Below, in pieces: positions 10,303 through 20,556 of a stretch of DNA of 64,000 nucleotides. This DNA is from an uncultured Veillonellaceae bacterium (lineage in GTDB: Bacteria; Bacillota; Negativicutes; JARBTT01). The first letter of the stretch is position 1. The number at the start of each line of letters is the position of its first letter. The position numbers and the translations under genes are program-made. Location: the NCBI GenBank assembly GCA_963805085.1, contig CAWDTA010000002.1:512001-576000 (forward strand), read 5' to 3'. A model generated the notes under the pieces. The model was not told where the DNA came from and ran no database searches. It was given only the letters and a program-made list of their open reading frames with translations.

Positions 10303-11196
10303 CTATTTCGCTTTACCATCCGAGTTCAGCAATATCATCTTATCCTTAACAACCTTTTTCATTGCTTTCAATGGCTCAGCATACGCTGTACAAGGCCAAA
10401 TTGCCATATGCTCCTTATGATTCAGCTCTTTTTTTAATGTCGTAAAAAACGCCGTTAGCATTTCTGAGAATATATTAAGTTTGCAGATTCCCAATTCAAC
10501 TGATTTTTTAATTGCCTCATCCGGCGTTCCTGATCCCCCATGCATTACCATTGGTACACTTGAATTTTTATTTAAAACATCAAGTCTGTCAAAATGTAGC
10601 TTTGGCTCCTTCACATAAATACCATGTGCCGTGCCCACAGCAACAGCCAACGCATCCACTCCTGTATTCTTTATAAAATACTCCATTTCGCTCGGATCGG
10701 TTAAGAAATCATCTGGATTATCATATCCATCTGTATTTTCTTTTTTAACCCCAGTTTCAGAATTACCTACAATTCCATCCCCAACATGTCCAAGTTCCGC
10801 CTCTACCGATACATTGAATTTGTGAGCATATTCTACAACTTCTTTGGTTATTCTTATATTATCCTCTATTGGTAAAATAGACCCATCAAACATAACAGAA
10901 GTAAACCCATTATCGATGCATTTTTTTATAAAACCAACATCGGTTGCATGATCCAAATGTAAACACACCGGAACACGGACCTTTTTCGCCATAGCTTGCA
11001 AGGACTTCGTCCAATATTCTAACTTGTCCCCTTCCAAATCAACTTTTAATCCCATCAAAATGACCGGTGCTTTTAATTCTTCTGCTACCTCTAAAACTGC
11101 CATAGCCATATCATTATTACTTACATCAAAGGCACCTACTGCATATTTATTTCTTTTTGCATCGTCTAATATTGTTTTTAAATTTACTAATGCCAT
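10303..11196 (-). CDS. Class II fructose/tagatose-bisphosphate aldolase family
   Basis: HLDH, VEAELGHVG, GTAHG and HGGSG motifs. Confidence 0.92.
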   Translation of the reverse strand: MALVNLKTILDDAKRNKYAVGAFDVSNNDMAMAVLEVAEELKAPVILMGLKVDLEGDKLEYWTKSLQAMAKKVRVPVCLHLDHATDVGFIKKCIDNGFTSVMFDGSILPIEDNIRITKEVVEYAHKFNVSVEAELGHVGDGIVGNSETGVKKENTDGYDNPDDFLTDPSEMEYFIKNTGVDALAVAVGTAHGIYVKEPKLHFDRLDVLNKNSSVPMVMHGGSGTPDEAIKKSVELGICKLNIFSEMLTAFFTTLKKELNHKEHMAIWPCTAYAEPLKAMKKVVKDKMILLNSDGKAK

Positions 11197-11307
11197 CACA
11201 AATTCCTCCTAATATATTATATATATTTGTCTCTCTTGTTATCGCAGAAACTTTCTTTCTCTAAATACAATCCTCTTTTATAACGACAACTATATAGCAA
11301 TTCCTCC

Positions 11308-11410
11308 TAAAAAAAAATCGACTAAAGACTATTATGTCGCATAATAATCTTTAGTCGAATTCATATCCCTATTCAACTGATTTATTTTGTTTTACTACCC
11401 CATAAATCTT
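11308..11410 (-). promoter_or_regulatory. Leader terminator (probable GlpP target) between glpP and the aldolase gene
   Basis: Reads GTTGAATAGGGATATGAATTCGACTAAAG...CTTTAGTCGA plus a U-tract, and is repeated at 13278-13385. Confidence 0.6.
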
Positions 11411-11948
11411 TACAGCTTGTGGTAACACCGACAATTCCAACTTTTTTTGCAGCATCAATCATTTCTACCTTTTCCACAAAACCGCCCAAAAATATAGGAA
11501 CATCTTTTATTTGCCTGATCTTATCAACAAACTTCAGTCCATATGTTGCTGGGCGCACCTCTATTAAATCACACTTAGAATCTGCCAGCGTCTTTAATGA
11601 ATCATCCAGAGATTTAGAATCCATTAAAGTAATTCTCTGCATCGTTTCTAAACCAACATTTTTTATCATATTTAATTTAATCGTACTAGAACAAATCACC
11701 ATATCTACACAATATAATTTCTTCAACATATTGATTCCAATTTTGTCCAGGTTAAGACCACCGATAAGCTCCGCATTAACTACTACTTTTTTATTAACTT
11801 TATGACACATATCCACAAATGATTTTAAATTACCAATATGTATTTCACTTAATAATACATATTCATTATCAAGGGTTAATGCATATGATAAATCTTTAAT
11901 CATTCTAATTGAAGGAATTATTAGAAATTTATTGTTCTTAATGTTCAT
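11382..11948 (-). CDS. glpP: Glycerol-3-phosphate-responsive antiterminator (GlpP family)
   Basis: ELIGGL, QRITLMDS, IEVRP, FLGGFV and VTTS..LW motifs; 188 aa. Confidence 0.85.
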   Translation of the reverse strand: MNIKNNKFLIIPSIRMIKDLSYALTLDNEYVLLSEIHIGNLKSFVDMCHKVNKKVVVNAELIGGLNLDKIGINMLKKLYCVDMVICSSTIKLNMIKNVGLETMQRITLMDSKSLDDSLKTLADSKCDLIEVRPATYGLKFVDKIRQIKDVPIFLGGFVEKVEMIDAAKKVGIVGVTTSCKDLWGSKTK

Positions 11949-12130
11949 AAGGTTTCTCCACCATTATTTTTTAATAAAAATCTTTCATTTTCAGCAGTTC
12001 GCCGTGATAAGTTTCCATATCATCCATTTTCAACTGTAATCAATTTTATTTATCAATCTATTATTTGTGTAAATTATAGCATGCGTGATACTGCATAGCA
12101 ACATTACCTATTTATCGTAAGGATATTATT

Positions 12131-13171
12131 TTAATTTCGTACATTCTGCATTGGCAGCCCCTGTAAATAATTCTTAAGATCATCATAACCTATTTCGACT
12201 GAATTGCGCATCGTATCACAAGAAGTACCCGCCAAATGCGAAGTAAGTGTGACATTGTTTAATTTAAAGAAAGGACTATCTTGCGGTAATGGCTCTTCAT
12301 CGAATACATCAATCGCTGCCCCACCAATTGATTTTGCTTCCAACGCCTGTATTAAAGCTTCTGTATCTACTAGGCCAGCACGTGCCGTATTGATAAGATA
12401 TGCCGTAGGTTTCATTTGGGCAAGTTCCTTTTGCCCAATAAATTTAGTTGTTTTTTCTGAAAGCCGAATGTGTATAGATACGAAATCTGATTGAGCCAAT
12501 AATTCTTCAAAAGTTACGGCCTTACAACCGGCATCTTCAATAATTTTTTTATCCATAAAAGGATCATATACAACAATAGTAGAACCAAACCCCTTTAATC
12601 GATCAATAACACGCCGACCAATATAACCAAATCCAATAATCCCTACTGTACAAGCTCTCATATCATGAATATATTCCTGATTCGTAAATTTTTTGCACCA
12701 TTTTCCTTCAGATATTAATTTGTGAGCTCGGGCAATATTTTTATTTTCAGCAATCATCATCCCAACAGTAAAATCAGCTACCGCGTGAGCACTGCGCCAA
12801 GGTGCGTTTATCAGCTTAATCCCGCGTTTCGTTAATTCTTCTACATCTGCATTTTCATATCCACCGCGTAATACCGCAGCAACTTTTAAATTTTTACAGG
12901 CAGCAATCACTTCTTTGTTGATAGAGGCAACATGCACTACGATAATATCTTTATCTTCACAGGCATCCAATAAAGGTTTATAGGTAGGTGCTGCATCGAC
13001 ACCACCCAATTCAATCTGAAGCATACGGTCCGTAATTGGCCCCATCTCATACATATCTTTGTCCTCTATCATAGTAATTTCAGCACCATATTCTTTAAGT
13101 TCATACATTTTTTGCATTAATTCTGATGTAACACCGCCATCAGATACAAGTAAAATTTTTGTTTTTTTCAT
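12131..13171 (-). CDS. D-isomer-specific 2-hydroxyacid dehydrogenase (second paralog)
   Basis: GIIGFGYIG, INTARAGLVD, DVFDEEP and SHLAG motifs. Confidence 0.9.
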   Translation of the reverse strand: MKKTKILLVSDGGVTSELMQKMYELKEYGAEITMIEDKDMYEMGPITDRMLQIELGGVDAAPTYKPLLDACEDKDIIVVHVASINKEVIAACKNLKVAAVLRGGYENADVEELTKRGIKLINAPWRSAHAVADFTVGMMIAENKNIARAHKLISEGKWCKKFTNQEYIHDMRACTVGIIGFGYIGRRVIDRLKGFGSTIVVYDPFMDKKIIEDAGCKAVTFEELLAQSDFVSIHIRLSEKTTKFIGQKELAQMKPTAYLINTARAGLVDTEALIQALEAKSIGGAAIDVFDEEPLPQDSPFFKLNNVTLTSHLAGTSCDTMRNSVEIGYDDLKNYLQGLPMQNVRN

Positions 13172-13225
13172 CGTTGTCCCTCTCCTTTTTATTTATAATT
13201 TAATTTGCCGCCTTAATTTATAGAC

Positions 13226-13242
13226 TGCAAATTTACTACCAA
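13226..13242 (-). promoter_or_regulatory. Probable sigma54 promoter
   Basis: The minus strand reads TTGGTAGTAAATTTGCA, with correct GG-N10-GC spacing. Confidence 0.6.
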
Positions 13243-13277
13243 AAGTTCCTTAACAACAAATATTTATACATTTTTAA

Positions 13278-13385
13278 TAAAAAAAAATTCGACTAAAAGC
13301 TATTATAAATATTAATAGCTTCTAGTCGAATACATATCCCTATTCAACTTATTATTTTGTTTTATTTTGTAACCCACAAATCTTT
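13278..13385 (-). promoter_or_regulatory. Leader terminator (probable GlpP target), repeat of 11308-11410
   Basis: Reads GTTGAATAGGGATATGTATTCGACTAGAAGC...GCTTTTAGTCGAA plus a U-tract. Confidence 0.6.
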
Positions 13386-13403
13386 TGACTTGATTACGAG
13401 TTC

Positions 13404-13432
13404 ATTATATAAGTTTCCATTATGCTTGTCAA
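13404..13432 (-). promoter_or_regulatory. Consensus sigma70/sigmaA promoter
   Basis: TTGACA-17 bp-TATAAT on the minus strand. Confidence 0.8.
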
Positions 13433-13583
13433 TATAAAACCTGAAAATTCGAAATTTTATATTTAATTTTACATTACATGTGAATTGGCGGGAGTGTCTT
13501 ATGGTGACATAGTCCATTCTTATAAATGATTACAGTTAAAGCATTGTACTCCAAACGATATGAAGGATTAAAGGATTTTACAT

Positions 13584-13886
13584 CTATCTTCGCACCGGTT
13601 CCCATGATAACGACTGTATAATCATTTTTATGCCATCAGAGAAACCTTGATTGTAGAATACTTCTTCTGTTATGGCTTTTTGATTCGCAAAGTATTCATG
13701 TAACTGGGTCAGTTTCCCCATAGTATCTTCTGATACGATTGATGATAACTCTTTTTCCAATTTTTCAAATTCTTGCTCCGCCCAATAGTAATCCGCCGAT
13801 ACTCTTTCCAAATTCATCAGGTCGCTTCCATCATGCATAAACCGCAATTCCTTCGTGGCTGTTTCAAAAACTTGCATTCTCTCCAC
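13584..13886 (-). CDS. Hypothetical protein
   Basis: 100-aa ORF with an AAGGA RBS, ending in a helical YxQGFSDG motif common in small mobile-region proteins. Confidence 0.6.
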   Translation of the reverse strand: MERMQVFETATKELRFMHDGSDLMNLERVSADYYWAEQEFEKLEKELSSIVSEDTMGKLTQLHEYFANQKAITEEVFYNQGFSDGIKMIIQSLSWEPVRR

Positions 13887-14174
13887 TCCTTATTTTTCAA
13901 AGAGTCTTTTTGGCTCTCTTATTCATATCATGAGTAAGTTGTTCGTACAATCATCATTTCCATATTTATTATACGCTCAAGAAAAACGTTTCCTTTCTTA
14001 CATCTAAACAAATCAAATTCATCTCCATTCAAGTGAATTCGTTTAAACTCACTTTTACATTTAGTTTATAGTGAATTCACTTAATTGTCAATACGACTCT
14101 TTATGATTCTAGCTAAATAATTCAATTTTACTTATAATGAATTCATATAGAATCTATTAGCAGGAGGAAATACA

Positions 14175-14348
14175 GTGACAACTGAAAAAAGACAATTCAC
14201 ATTACGGCTACAGGAAGAAAACTTTTTGAAAATCAAAGAACTAGCTGAAAAAGATCGACGTTCAATTGCTATGGAAATAGAATACATTCTTGAACAATAC
14301 ATATCAGAACACGAAAAAAAGTACGGTATGATAAATATCAAAGAATAA
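14175..14348 (+). CDS. Arc-family ribbon-helix-helix DNA-binding protein (57 aa; not in the ORF track)
   Basis: AGGAGG RBS and GTG start; MTTEKRQFTLRLQEENFLKIKELAEKDRRSIAMEIEYIL has the FTLR...A...RS...EI pattern. Confidence 0.85.
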   Translation: MTTEKRQFTLRLQEENFLKIKELAEKDRRSIAMEIEYILEQYISEHEKKYGMINIKE

Positions 14349-14831
14349 GCATAAATAAAAAACTATACCCTATTGAGAGCTCGCTTAAAAAACGTGTCTC
14401 CCTCTAGGGTATAGTTTTTTTATTAACAGACAGTGATTTTACAATATACAGCCTGTAGAAAAAGATATAAAAAGCTCTTTCTGTTACTTTTAAATGATAA
14501 TTGAATAAAAAATATAAAGCAGATAGTAAGATATATTCGGTTTTAAATAATAAGAATCAATATAGATCGTTTAAAACAGCTTGTGATAAGATTAGTAATA
14601 AGAAATCATATTTTACTAATTCTATCGCATCTAAAAAAGCAAATGGAGATATCATCATTCATGTAAGTTCATTGAAGCAAAACGAAGAGGTTAGAAACTG
14701 TAAAAATTCAAATGTACATGAATTATTTAAGCTTATAGAACAAATATGATCTTTAAACGCCGAAGAAATACCTCGTAACGATTGGCTATGCTGACATAGG
14801 CAAAAAGTTACGAGGTATTTCATTTAAGAGA

Positions 14832-15842
14832 TCAACAAATCCGAGGAATCTGCCCACCGATTGGCATATCGACGATACGGATGCCACCGATGCTTGTACG
14901 CATGCCGACTTGCCCCGGTGCATCGACAGTTACTTTGCCGATTACACGGGCATCTTGTCCATACGGATGTTTATGCATGATGTCTAATAGTTCTTTAGTA
15001 TACTGCTGATCCACAAACACCAACATTTTTCCTTCGTTAGCCAAATAGAGCGGATCAAAGCCTAAGATTTCACAAACCGCTTCAACTTCAGGTCGAACTG
15101 GAATTGTGCCTTCTTCTAGCAAGATACCGGTGCCAGATTGCGCCGCGATTTCATTGAGTGTTGCGGCTACGCCGCCGCGCGTTGGATCGCGCAAAACTGC
15201 GATTTGTGGTACGGCTGTCAACATTTCTTTGACCAAACCGTTCAGCGGTGCACAGTCACTTTGAATCGAGGTTGGCAGCACTAGCTCATGGCGTCCGGCC
15301 ATGATGGCTGTCGCATGATCACCGATGTAGCCACTGAGGATGACATCCTGCCCAGGTTGCACCCTTCTTGGTGAGATGTGTGTGCCTTCTATGATATCGC
15401 CAATGCCTGACGTATTGATATAAATTCCATCGCCAGCACCTTTGTTTACTACCTTCGTATCACCAGTCACAATCATGACGCCCGCTTCTTTAGCTGTTTT
15501 GCACATGGTTTCGACGATAAGGCGTAAATCAGCAATTGGAAAGCCTTCTTCGAGAATCATCCCAACGGACAGATACCGTGGTACTGAACCCGTCATCGCT
15601 AAATCATTAACCGTACCGCACACTGCTAGCTTGCCGATATTGCCGCCAGCAAAAAACAGCGGCTTTACGACATAAGAATCCGTCGTAAAGGCCACTCTGT
15701 TGCCAGCCGTCGTAACGGAAGCACCATCGTGCATTTCATTCAGCACAGGATTGCCATATGCCGGTAAAATGACCTGCTCCATAAGCTCCTGGCTCAATTT
15801 CCCCCCACTACCATGATCCATTTTAATTGTTCCCTGTTCCAT
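14832..15842 (-). CDS. hypE: Hydrogenase maturation protein HypE
   Basis: HGSGG, TTDSYVV, GTVNDLAM, DPTRGG and C-terminal PRIC. Confidence 0.97.
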   Translation of the reverse strand: MEQGTIKMDHGSGGKLSQELMEQVILPAYGNPVLNEMHDGASVTTAGNRVAFTTDSYVVKPLFFAGGNIGKLAVCGTVNDLAMTGSVPRYLSVGMILEEGFPIADLRLIVETMCKTAKEAGVMIVTGDTKVVNKGAGDGIYINTSGIGDIIEGTHISPRRVQPGQDVILSGYIGDHATAIMAGRHELVLPTSIQSDCAPLNGLVKEMLTAVPQIAVLRDPTRGGVAATLNEIAAQSGTGILLEEGTIPVRPEVEAVCEILGFDPLYLANEGKMLVFVDQQYTKELLDIMHKHPYGQDARVIGKVTVDAPGQVGMRTSIGGIRIVDMPIGGQIPRIC

Positions 15843-16932
15843 ACTGATACCTCCCGCTTCCATATTTATACCAAGCGGCACAAGAACCTTCTACCGAAAC
15901 CATACAAGCTCCTACCGGATGCTGTGGCAAGCAAACCTTGCCAAACAAGCGGCATTCCGTTGGTTTTATGAGTCCACGAAGCACTTCACCGCAACGGCAA
16001 GCCGTCTGTTTTACTGTCGTCTCTACCTTGATCGGCAAAGCAACTTGAGCATCAAAGCCTCTATAGCGTTCATTCACCCGCAGTCCTGAATTGGGTATCA
16101 GGCCAATGCCTCGCCATACGGCATCTGCTGGTTCGTAGACTTCCGTGAGCATCTGCCTAGCTACCGGATTTCCATTCTGTTTGACAACGCGACCGTATTC
16201 ATTTTCCACGGCTGGTTTGCCATCATGGATTTGCTTTGCTAACATGTAGACAGTCTGCAAAATATCGAGCGGTTCAAATCCACCAACAACCGCTGGCATA
16301 CGATATTCCTCCGGCAAAAACTGAAACGGCTCTTCCCCTGTAATTGCACAGACATGTCCTGGCAAGATGAAGCCATCTACTTTAACTTTTGGATCGACGA
16401 GTAATGTTTTGAGTGCCGGCGGTACCAATTTATGCGCCGATAGCACAAAGAAATTTTTCAAATTTTGCTTAGCTGCCGAGAGTACCGTAGCTGCTGCAGT
16501 TGGCGCAGTCGTTTCAAAACCAACCGCTAAAAAAATAACTTTTTTCTGGGGATTATCGACTGCTACCGCCAAACTTTCCAGCGGTGAGTAAACAATGCGA
16601 ATATCTGCACCGCCAGCTTTGGCTTCGCCTAAGCTCGACACCGACCCAGGCACTTTGAGCATATCGCCAAAGGTCGTGATGATTACATCTGGTTGTTTGG
16701 CATAAGCAATCGCCATATCCATATACTCATCTGCTGTTACACATACCGGACAACCAGGTCCGCTCACCAATTCTACTTGTGACGGTAATACTTGGCGAAT
16801 CCCCGCCCGAAAAATTGCCACTGTATGCGTACCACAAACTTCCATCAAACGTACAGGCTTTGTAATCAGCCGGTCAATTTCTTGCAGCAAAAAACTAGCA
16901 ATTTTTTTTGTGTCTTGTTTCGCTTCAGGCAA
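15823..16932 (-). CDS. hypD: Hydrogenase maturation protein HypD
   Basis: MEVCGTH, GPGCPVC, GFETT, PGHV and CMVSVEGSC motifs. Confidence 0.97.
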   Translation of the reverse strand: MPEAKQDTKKIASFLLQEIDRLITKPVRLMEVCGTHTVAIFRAGIRQVLPSQVELVSGPGCPVCVTADEYMDMAIAYAKQPDVIITTFGDMLKVPGSVSSLGEAKAGGADIRIVYSPLESLAVAVDNPQKKVIFLAVGFETTAPTAAATVLSAAKQNLKNFFVLSAHKLVPPALKTLLVDPKVKVDGFILPGHVCAITGEEPFQFLPEEYRMPAVVGGFEPLDILQTVYMLAKQIHDGKPAVENEYGRVVKQNGNPVARQMLTEVYEPADAVWRGIGLIPNSGLRVNERYRGFDAQVALPIKVETTVKQTACRCGEVLRGLIKPTECRLFGKVCLPQHPVGACMVSVEGSCAAWYKYGSGRYQYGTGNN

Positions 16933-17143
16933 GACTATTCATCTCCTTCAGCAGCTCATTCGTCTTCTCCGCTTCTTCTTGGTCAATTATTTGCATTGCA
17001 AACCCCGCATGAATGAGGACAAAATCACCAACTGCCGCCTCTGGCAGAAGCATTAGGCTTACCTCCCGTTGCACACCACTGAGTTCCACTATAGCCAACT
17101 GATCTTTTTTATCAATAATTTTTGCTGGTACTGCCAAGCACAT
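16925..17143 (-). CDS. hypC: Hydrogenase chaperone HypC
   Basis: MCLAVP start and LIHAGFA. Confidence 0.97.
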   Translation of the reverse strand: MCLAVPAKIIDKKDQLAIVELSGVQREVSLMLLPEAAVGDFVLIHAGFAMQIIDQEEAEKTNELLKEMNSLA

Positions 17144-19389
17144 TAAAAGCGTCCCCTCTCTCTTGCAACCGCTGCTTGCCCAAGCGCTAGTCCACCATCA
17201 TTGGGCGGTACCTTCCGATTAAGCAACACAGTAAACTCTTTTTCTAATACTCCGTAAACCTGACGTAAAAGCGTCATATTCTGAAAAACGCCACCGCTTA
17301 AAGCTACTTTGTGAACACCAGTTAAACGACATAACCGTCGAACCATCTCATGAATGGCCGCGGCCATGGTCGTATGAAAATCTGCTGCCAGCTCTGCGCG
17401 TGGCACCTTATTTATATTCTCAATCATTTTGGCAAACGTTGGCCTAAAATCGAGTTCATTGCCAGCCGTAATCTCATATGGCAAAACTCTGCCAACGGCA
17501 CCGCCTGCTGCCAGTTCTAGTTCGATGGCGGCTTGTCCTTCATAATGATTATAAAGACGGATGCCAAGGAGTGCTGCCGCCGTATCAAAGAGCCGCCCAG
17601 CACTGGAGGTCAGCGGCGCATTCAGCCCATTAGCCGTTGCTTGTAATAGCAACTCCCAACCATTAGGTAGCAACTCTGTCAACGCCGTCTGTTTCTCTCG
17701 AAAATTCTTTCCGTATAGTTCCTGCATAACCCACGTCGCCTGTCGCCATGGCTGACGAACCGCTTTTTCCCCGCCCGGCAGCGGCAGATAAAGGCAATGT
17801 GCGAGTCGCTTATATTCTAGGCAATCTGCCAGCAGAAATTCACCGCCCCAAAGCTGACCATCAGCACCATAACCCGTACCATCAAAAGCCACGCCAATGA
17901 CCTGCTCCGTCTCGTGATGCTCAGCCAAAACCGAAGCAATGTGGGCGTGATGGTGCTGAACGCCAATTTTAGGCAGTTTCAATCCGTCAGCATACTTGGT
18001 CGATAAATACTCGGGATGCAGATCGAATGCTACCAATTCCGGCTTAATGTCAAATAATCTACCGTAATGTTCAATGGCCTCCGCATAGGAATCCATTGTT
18101 TCTCGATTGCCTAAGTCACCGATATGCGCGCTAACAAATGCCGCATCACCTTTAGTCAAACAAAAGGTATTCTTAGCCTCACCGCCACAGGCCAAAACCA
18201 TCGGCCCTGTTCCTGCCAAATGAATTGGCGCTGGTGCCAGCCCGCGACTACGCCTAAACAGATACGGCTCTTCCTTGAATAAACGGACAACTGAATCATC
18301 AACTCGGCAATAGATCTCCCGATTATGGATTAAAAAATAATCGGCGATTCCCGCCAATCTATGCAGAGCATCTTCATCCTTATAGGCAATCGGTTCCTCA
18401 CTGGTATTGCCACTCGTCATCACCCAGACATCATCTTTTTTAAGTAACAGATAATGCACTGGTGCGTAAGGTAACATCACTCCCAAATATAGATTGCCTG
18501 GGGCTACAGCCTGCGCTAAATCAGCAGCATTTTTTTTCTTCAATAGAACAATTGGTGCAACCGCTCCCATTAACAGCTCTCTTTCCTTCGTTGAAACAAA
18601 GCAAAATTGCTCTACTTTTGCCAAACTACCACACATCAAGGCAAACGGTTTATCCTCGCGAACTTTCCGCGAACGCAATGTAGCCACAGCAGTTTCATTT
18701 TTAGCATCGCAAACTAAATGATACCCACCAATGCCTTTTATGGCAAAAACGGCACCATTTTCTATCAGCTCATGCGCTGTCTTTAGCGGCTCAGAACTGA
18801 GTAGTTCCTGTCCCTTGCTGTCGAGCAGACGATACGATGGACCACAAATTGCACAGGCATTCGGCTGCGCATGAAAGCGACGATCAATCGGAACGTCGTA
18901 TTCCGCTTGACAATCTGGGCACATAGCAAAAGGCTGCATCGTCGTCTGCGGACGATCATAAGGCACATCTTTGATAATCGAATAGCGCGGTCCGCAATTT
19001 GTACAATTTGTAAACGCGTAGCCAAAGCGTCGATCAACGGGATTTTGCAGCTCCCTCTGGCAATCTGGACAAGTCGCAATATCCGGTGATATAAACGCGA
19101 ATCTTTGCGTAGCCGTCTGACTTGGCTTGATGACAAAAGCATCGTCCCCTTGCACTGGCAACGAAACCACCTGTAAATCAGCAATCATCGCCATCGCCGG
19201 CGCCTCTGCTTCTAGCGCTGTAATAAATTCTGTAAGCTGCTCAGCTAGGCCTTCAACCTCGATCCAAACACCTTTTTCATCATTGAGCACCCAGCCACTT
19301 AACTGATATTCGTGCGCCAACCGGTAAACAAAAGGGCGGAACCCGACGCCCTGTACAATACCGGCGACGCGGATGCCCGCCCTCTTCAT
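17143..19389 (-). CDS. hypF: Carbamoyltransferase HypF
   Basis: GIVQGVGFRPF, zinc fingers, QHHHAH, DGTGYG and PPNDGG. Confidence 0.97.
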   Translation of the reverse strand: MKRAGIRVAGIVQGVGFRPFVYRLAHEYQLSGWVLNDEKGVWIEVEGLAEQLTEFITALEAEAPAMAMIADLQVVSLPVQGDDAFVIKPSQTATQRFAFISPDIATCPDCQRELQNPVDRRFGYAFTNCTNCGPRYSIIKDVPYDRPQTTMQPFAMCPDCQAEYDVPIDRRFHAQPNACAICGPSYRLLDSKGQELLSSEPLKTAHELIENGAVFAIKGIGGYHLVCDAKNETAVATLRSRKVREDKPFALMCGSLAKVEQFCFVSTKERELLMGAVAPIVLLKKKNAADLAQAVAPGNLYLGVMLPYAPVHYLLLKKDDVWVMTSGNTSEEPIAYKDEDALHRLAGIADYFLIHNREIYCRVDDSVVRLFKEEPYLFRRSRGLAPAPIHLAGTGPMVLACGGEAKNTFCLTKGDAAFVSAHIGDLGNRETMDSYAEAIEHYGRLFDIKPELVAFDLHPEYLSTKYADGLKLPKIGVQHHHAHIASVLAEHHETEQVIGVAFDGTGYGADGQLWGGEFLLADCLEYKRLAHCLYLPLPGGEKAVRQPWRQATWVMQELYGKNFREKQTALTELLPNGWELLLQATANGLNAPLTSSAGRLFDTAAALLGIRLYNHYEGQAAIELELAAGGAVGRVLPYEITAGNELDFRPTFAKMIENINKVPRAELAADFHTTMAAAIHEMVRRLCRLTGVHKVALSGGVFQNMTLLRQVYGVLEKEFTVLLNRKVPPNDGGLALGQAAVARERGRF

Positions 19390-19895
19390 AACGTATTTAC
19401 GATTAACTCAGTTTTTAATTTTGGTTCAACCTGCCAAACTTTTAACTGTTCTAAAACAAGATTTTTCGTTTTCTCCACCAAATTTTCCATGTCTTTCGTA
19501 AGACCTACCCCAGCATCCACGATAAAGGGTTGCGCACCCATCACGATAACGTCCTTCACAGGCCGATCTATTACTTCAAGCGCTGCTAATACATCTTGAA
19601 TTCCAAGCTCATGCATAGAAACTTTTTCCTGAAAATAAGCTTTCACTTCCGCGTTGACAAAGCGAAAGAAAGTCCCAGGTGCCGAAGCCCCATTGATTGC
19701 ATCCACCACGATTAATTTGTCTGTTCCAATAATATAATTCATCAATTCCATACCAAGTGTCCCGCCATCAAGTACCGCAACATGCTCAGGGAAGTTATAT
19801 TCTTGCTGTAACTTTTCAACGATATGTACACCAAAGCCTTCGTCTTTAAGTATAATATTGCCGATTCCTAGCACTGTAATCTTATCCACGTGCAT
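19386..19895 (-). CDS. hyaD: Hydrogenase maturation endopeptidase (HyaD/HybD family)
   Basis: LGIGNIILKDEGFG, DGGTLG and VDA motifs. Confidence 0.9.
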   Translation of the reverse strand: MHVDKITVLGIGNIILKDEGFGVHIVEKLQQEYNFPEHVAVLDGGTLGMELMNYIIGTDKLIVVDAINGASAPGTFFRFVNAEVKAYFQEKVSMHELGIQDVLAALEVIDRPVKDVIVMGAQPFIVDAGVGLTKDMENLVEKTKNLVLEQLKVWQVEPKLKTELIVNTL

Positions 19896-20556
19896 TCACC
19901 ACCATCTTTTTTGCTACGACTTTTCCCTTGAGCCAATCATACCAAGCTTCAAGACCAGCATTACTGGTACAAGACACATCTAGTACAGAGATACTAGGAT
20001 GAATACTCGTAATATCTTTTTTTGCCGCAGCCATATCAAAATTTGTATATGGCAGTAAATCTACTTTATTCAAAACAGCAATTGCTGATTCCTTAAAAAT
20101 TAACGGATATTTTAAAGGTTTATCATCGCCTTCTGTAATGCTCAGCACAACTGCTTTCGCATCCTCGCCAACATTAAATTCCGCCGGACAAACAAGGTTG
20201 CCGACATTTTCAACGACTAATAAATCCAAATTTTCTAAATCTAATTCTTTCAATACTTTTTGAACCATCGCTGCATCTAAATGACAACCACCGCTCGTAT
20301 TGATCTGAATCACAGGTACATCATATTTAGCAATACGATCAGCATCCTTCGAAGTAAACAAATCTCCTTCGATAACTGCCATACGCAAATGGTCTCTTAA
20401 AGCTGCCATTGTCTTCTCAAGTAAAGATGTCTTACCTGATCCTGGCGATCCCATCAGATTGAGAACAAAAACTCCCTGCTTCGCAAAAAGCACCTGATTC
20501 TCTGCCGCGAGTCGATCGTTCTTGCCTAAAATATCTTCCATCACCTGAATTTCCAT
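19882..20556 (-). CDS. hypB: Hydrogenase nickel-insertion GTPase HypB (short form)
   Basis: GSPGSGKT, CHLDA, ENVGNLVCP and NKVD motifs. Confidence 0.96.
   Translation of the reverse strand: MEIQVMEDILGKNDRLAAENQVLFAKQGVFVLNLMGSPGSGKTSLLEKTMAALRDHLRMAVIEGDLFTSKDADRIAKYDVPVIQINTSGGCHLDAAMVQKVLKELDLENLDLLVVENVGNLVCPAEFNVGEDAKAVVLSITEGDDKPLKYPLIFKESAIAVLNKVDLLPYTNFDMAAAKKDITSIHPSISVLDVSCTSNAGLEAWYDWLKGKVVAKKMVVNARG

Noticed and set aside
14501-14749. 82-aa ORF
   Set aside because: TTG start, no RBS, AT-rich and no recognisable motif, so it cannot be supported.
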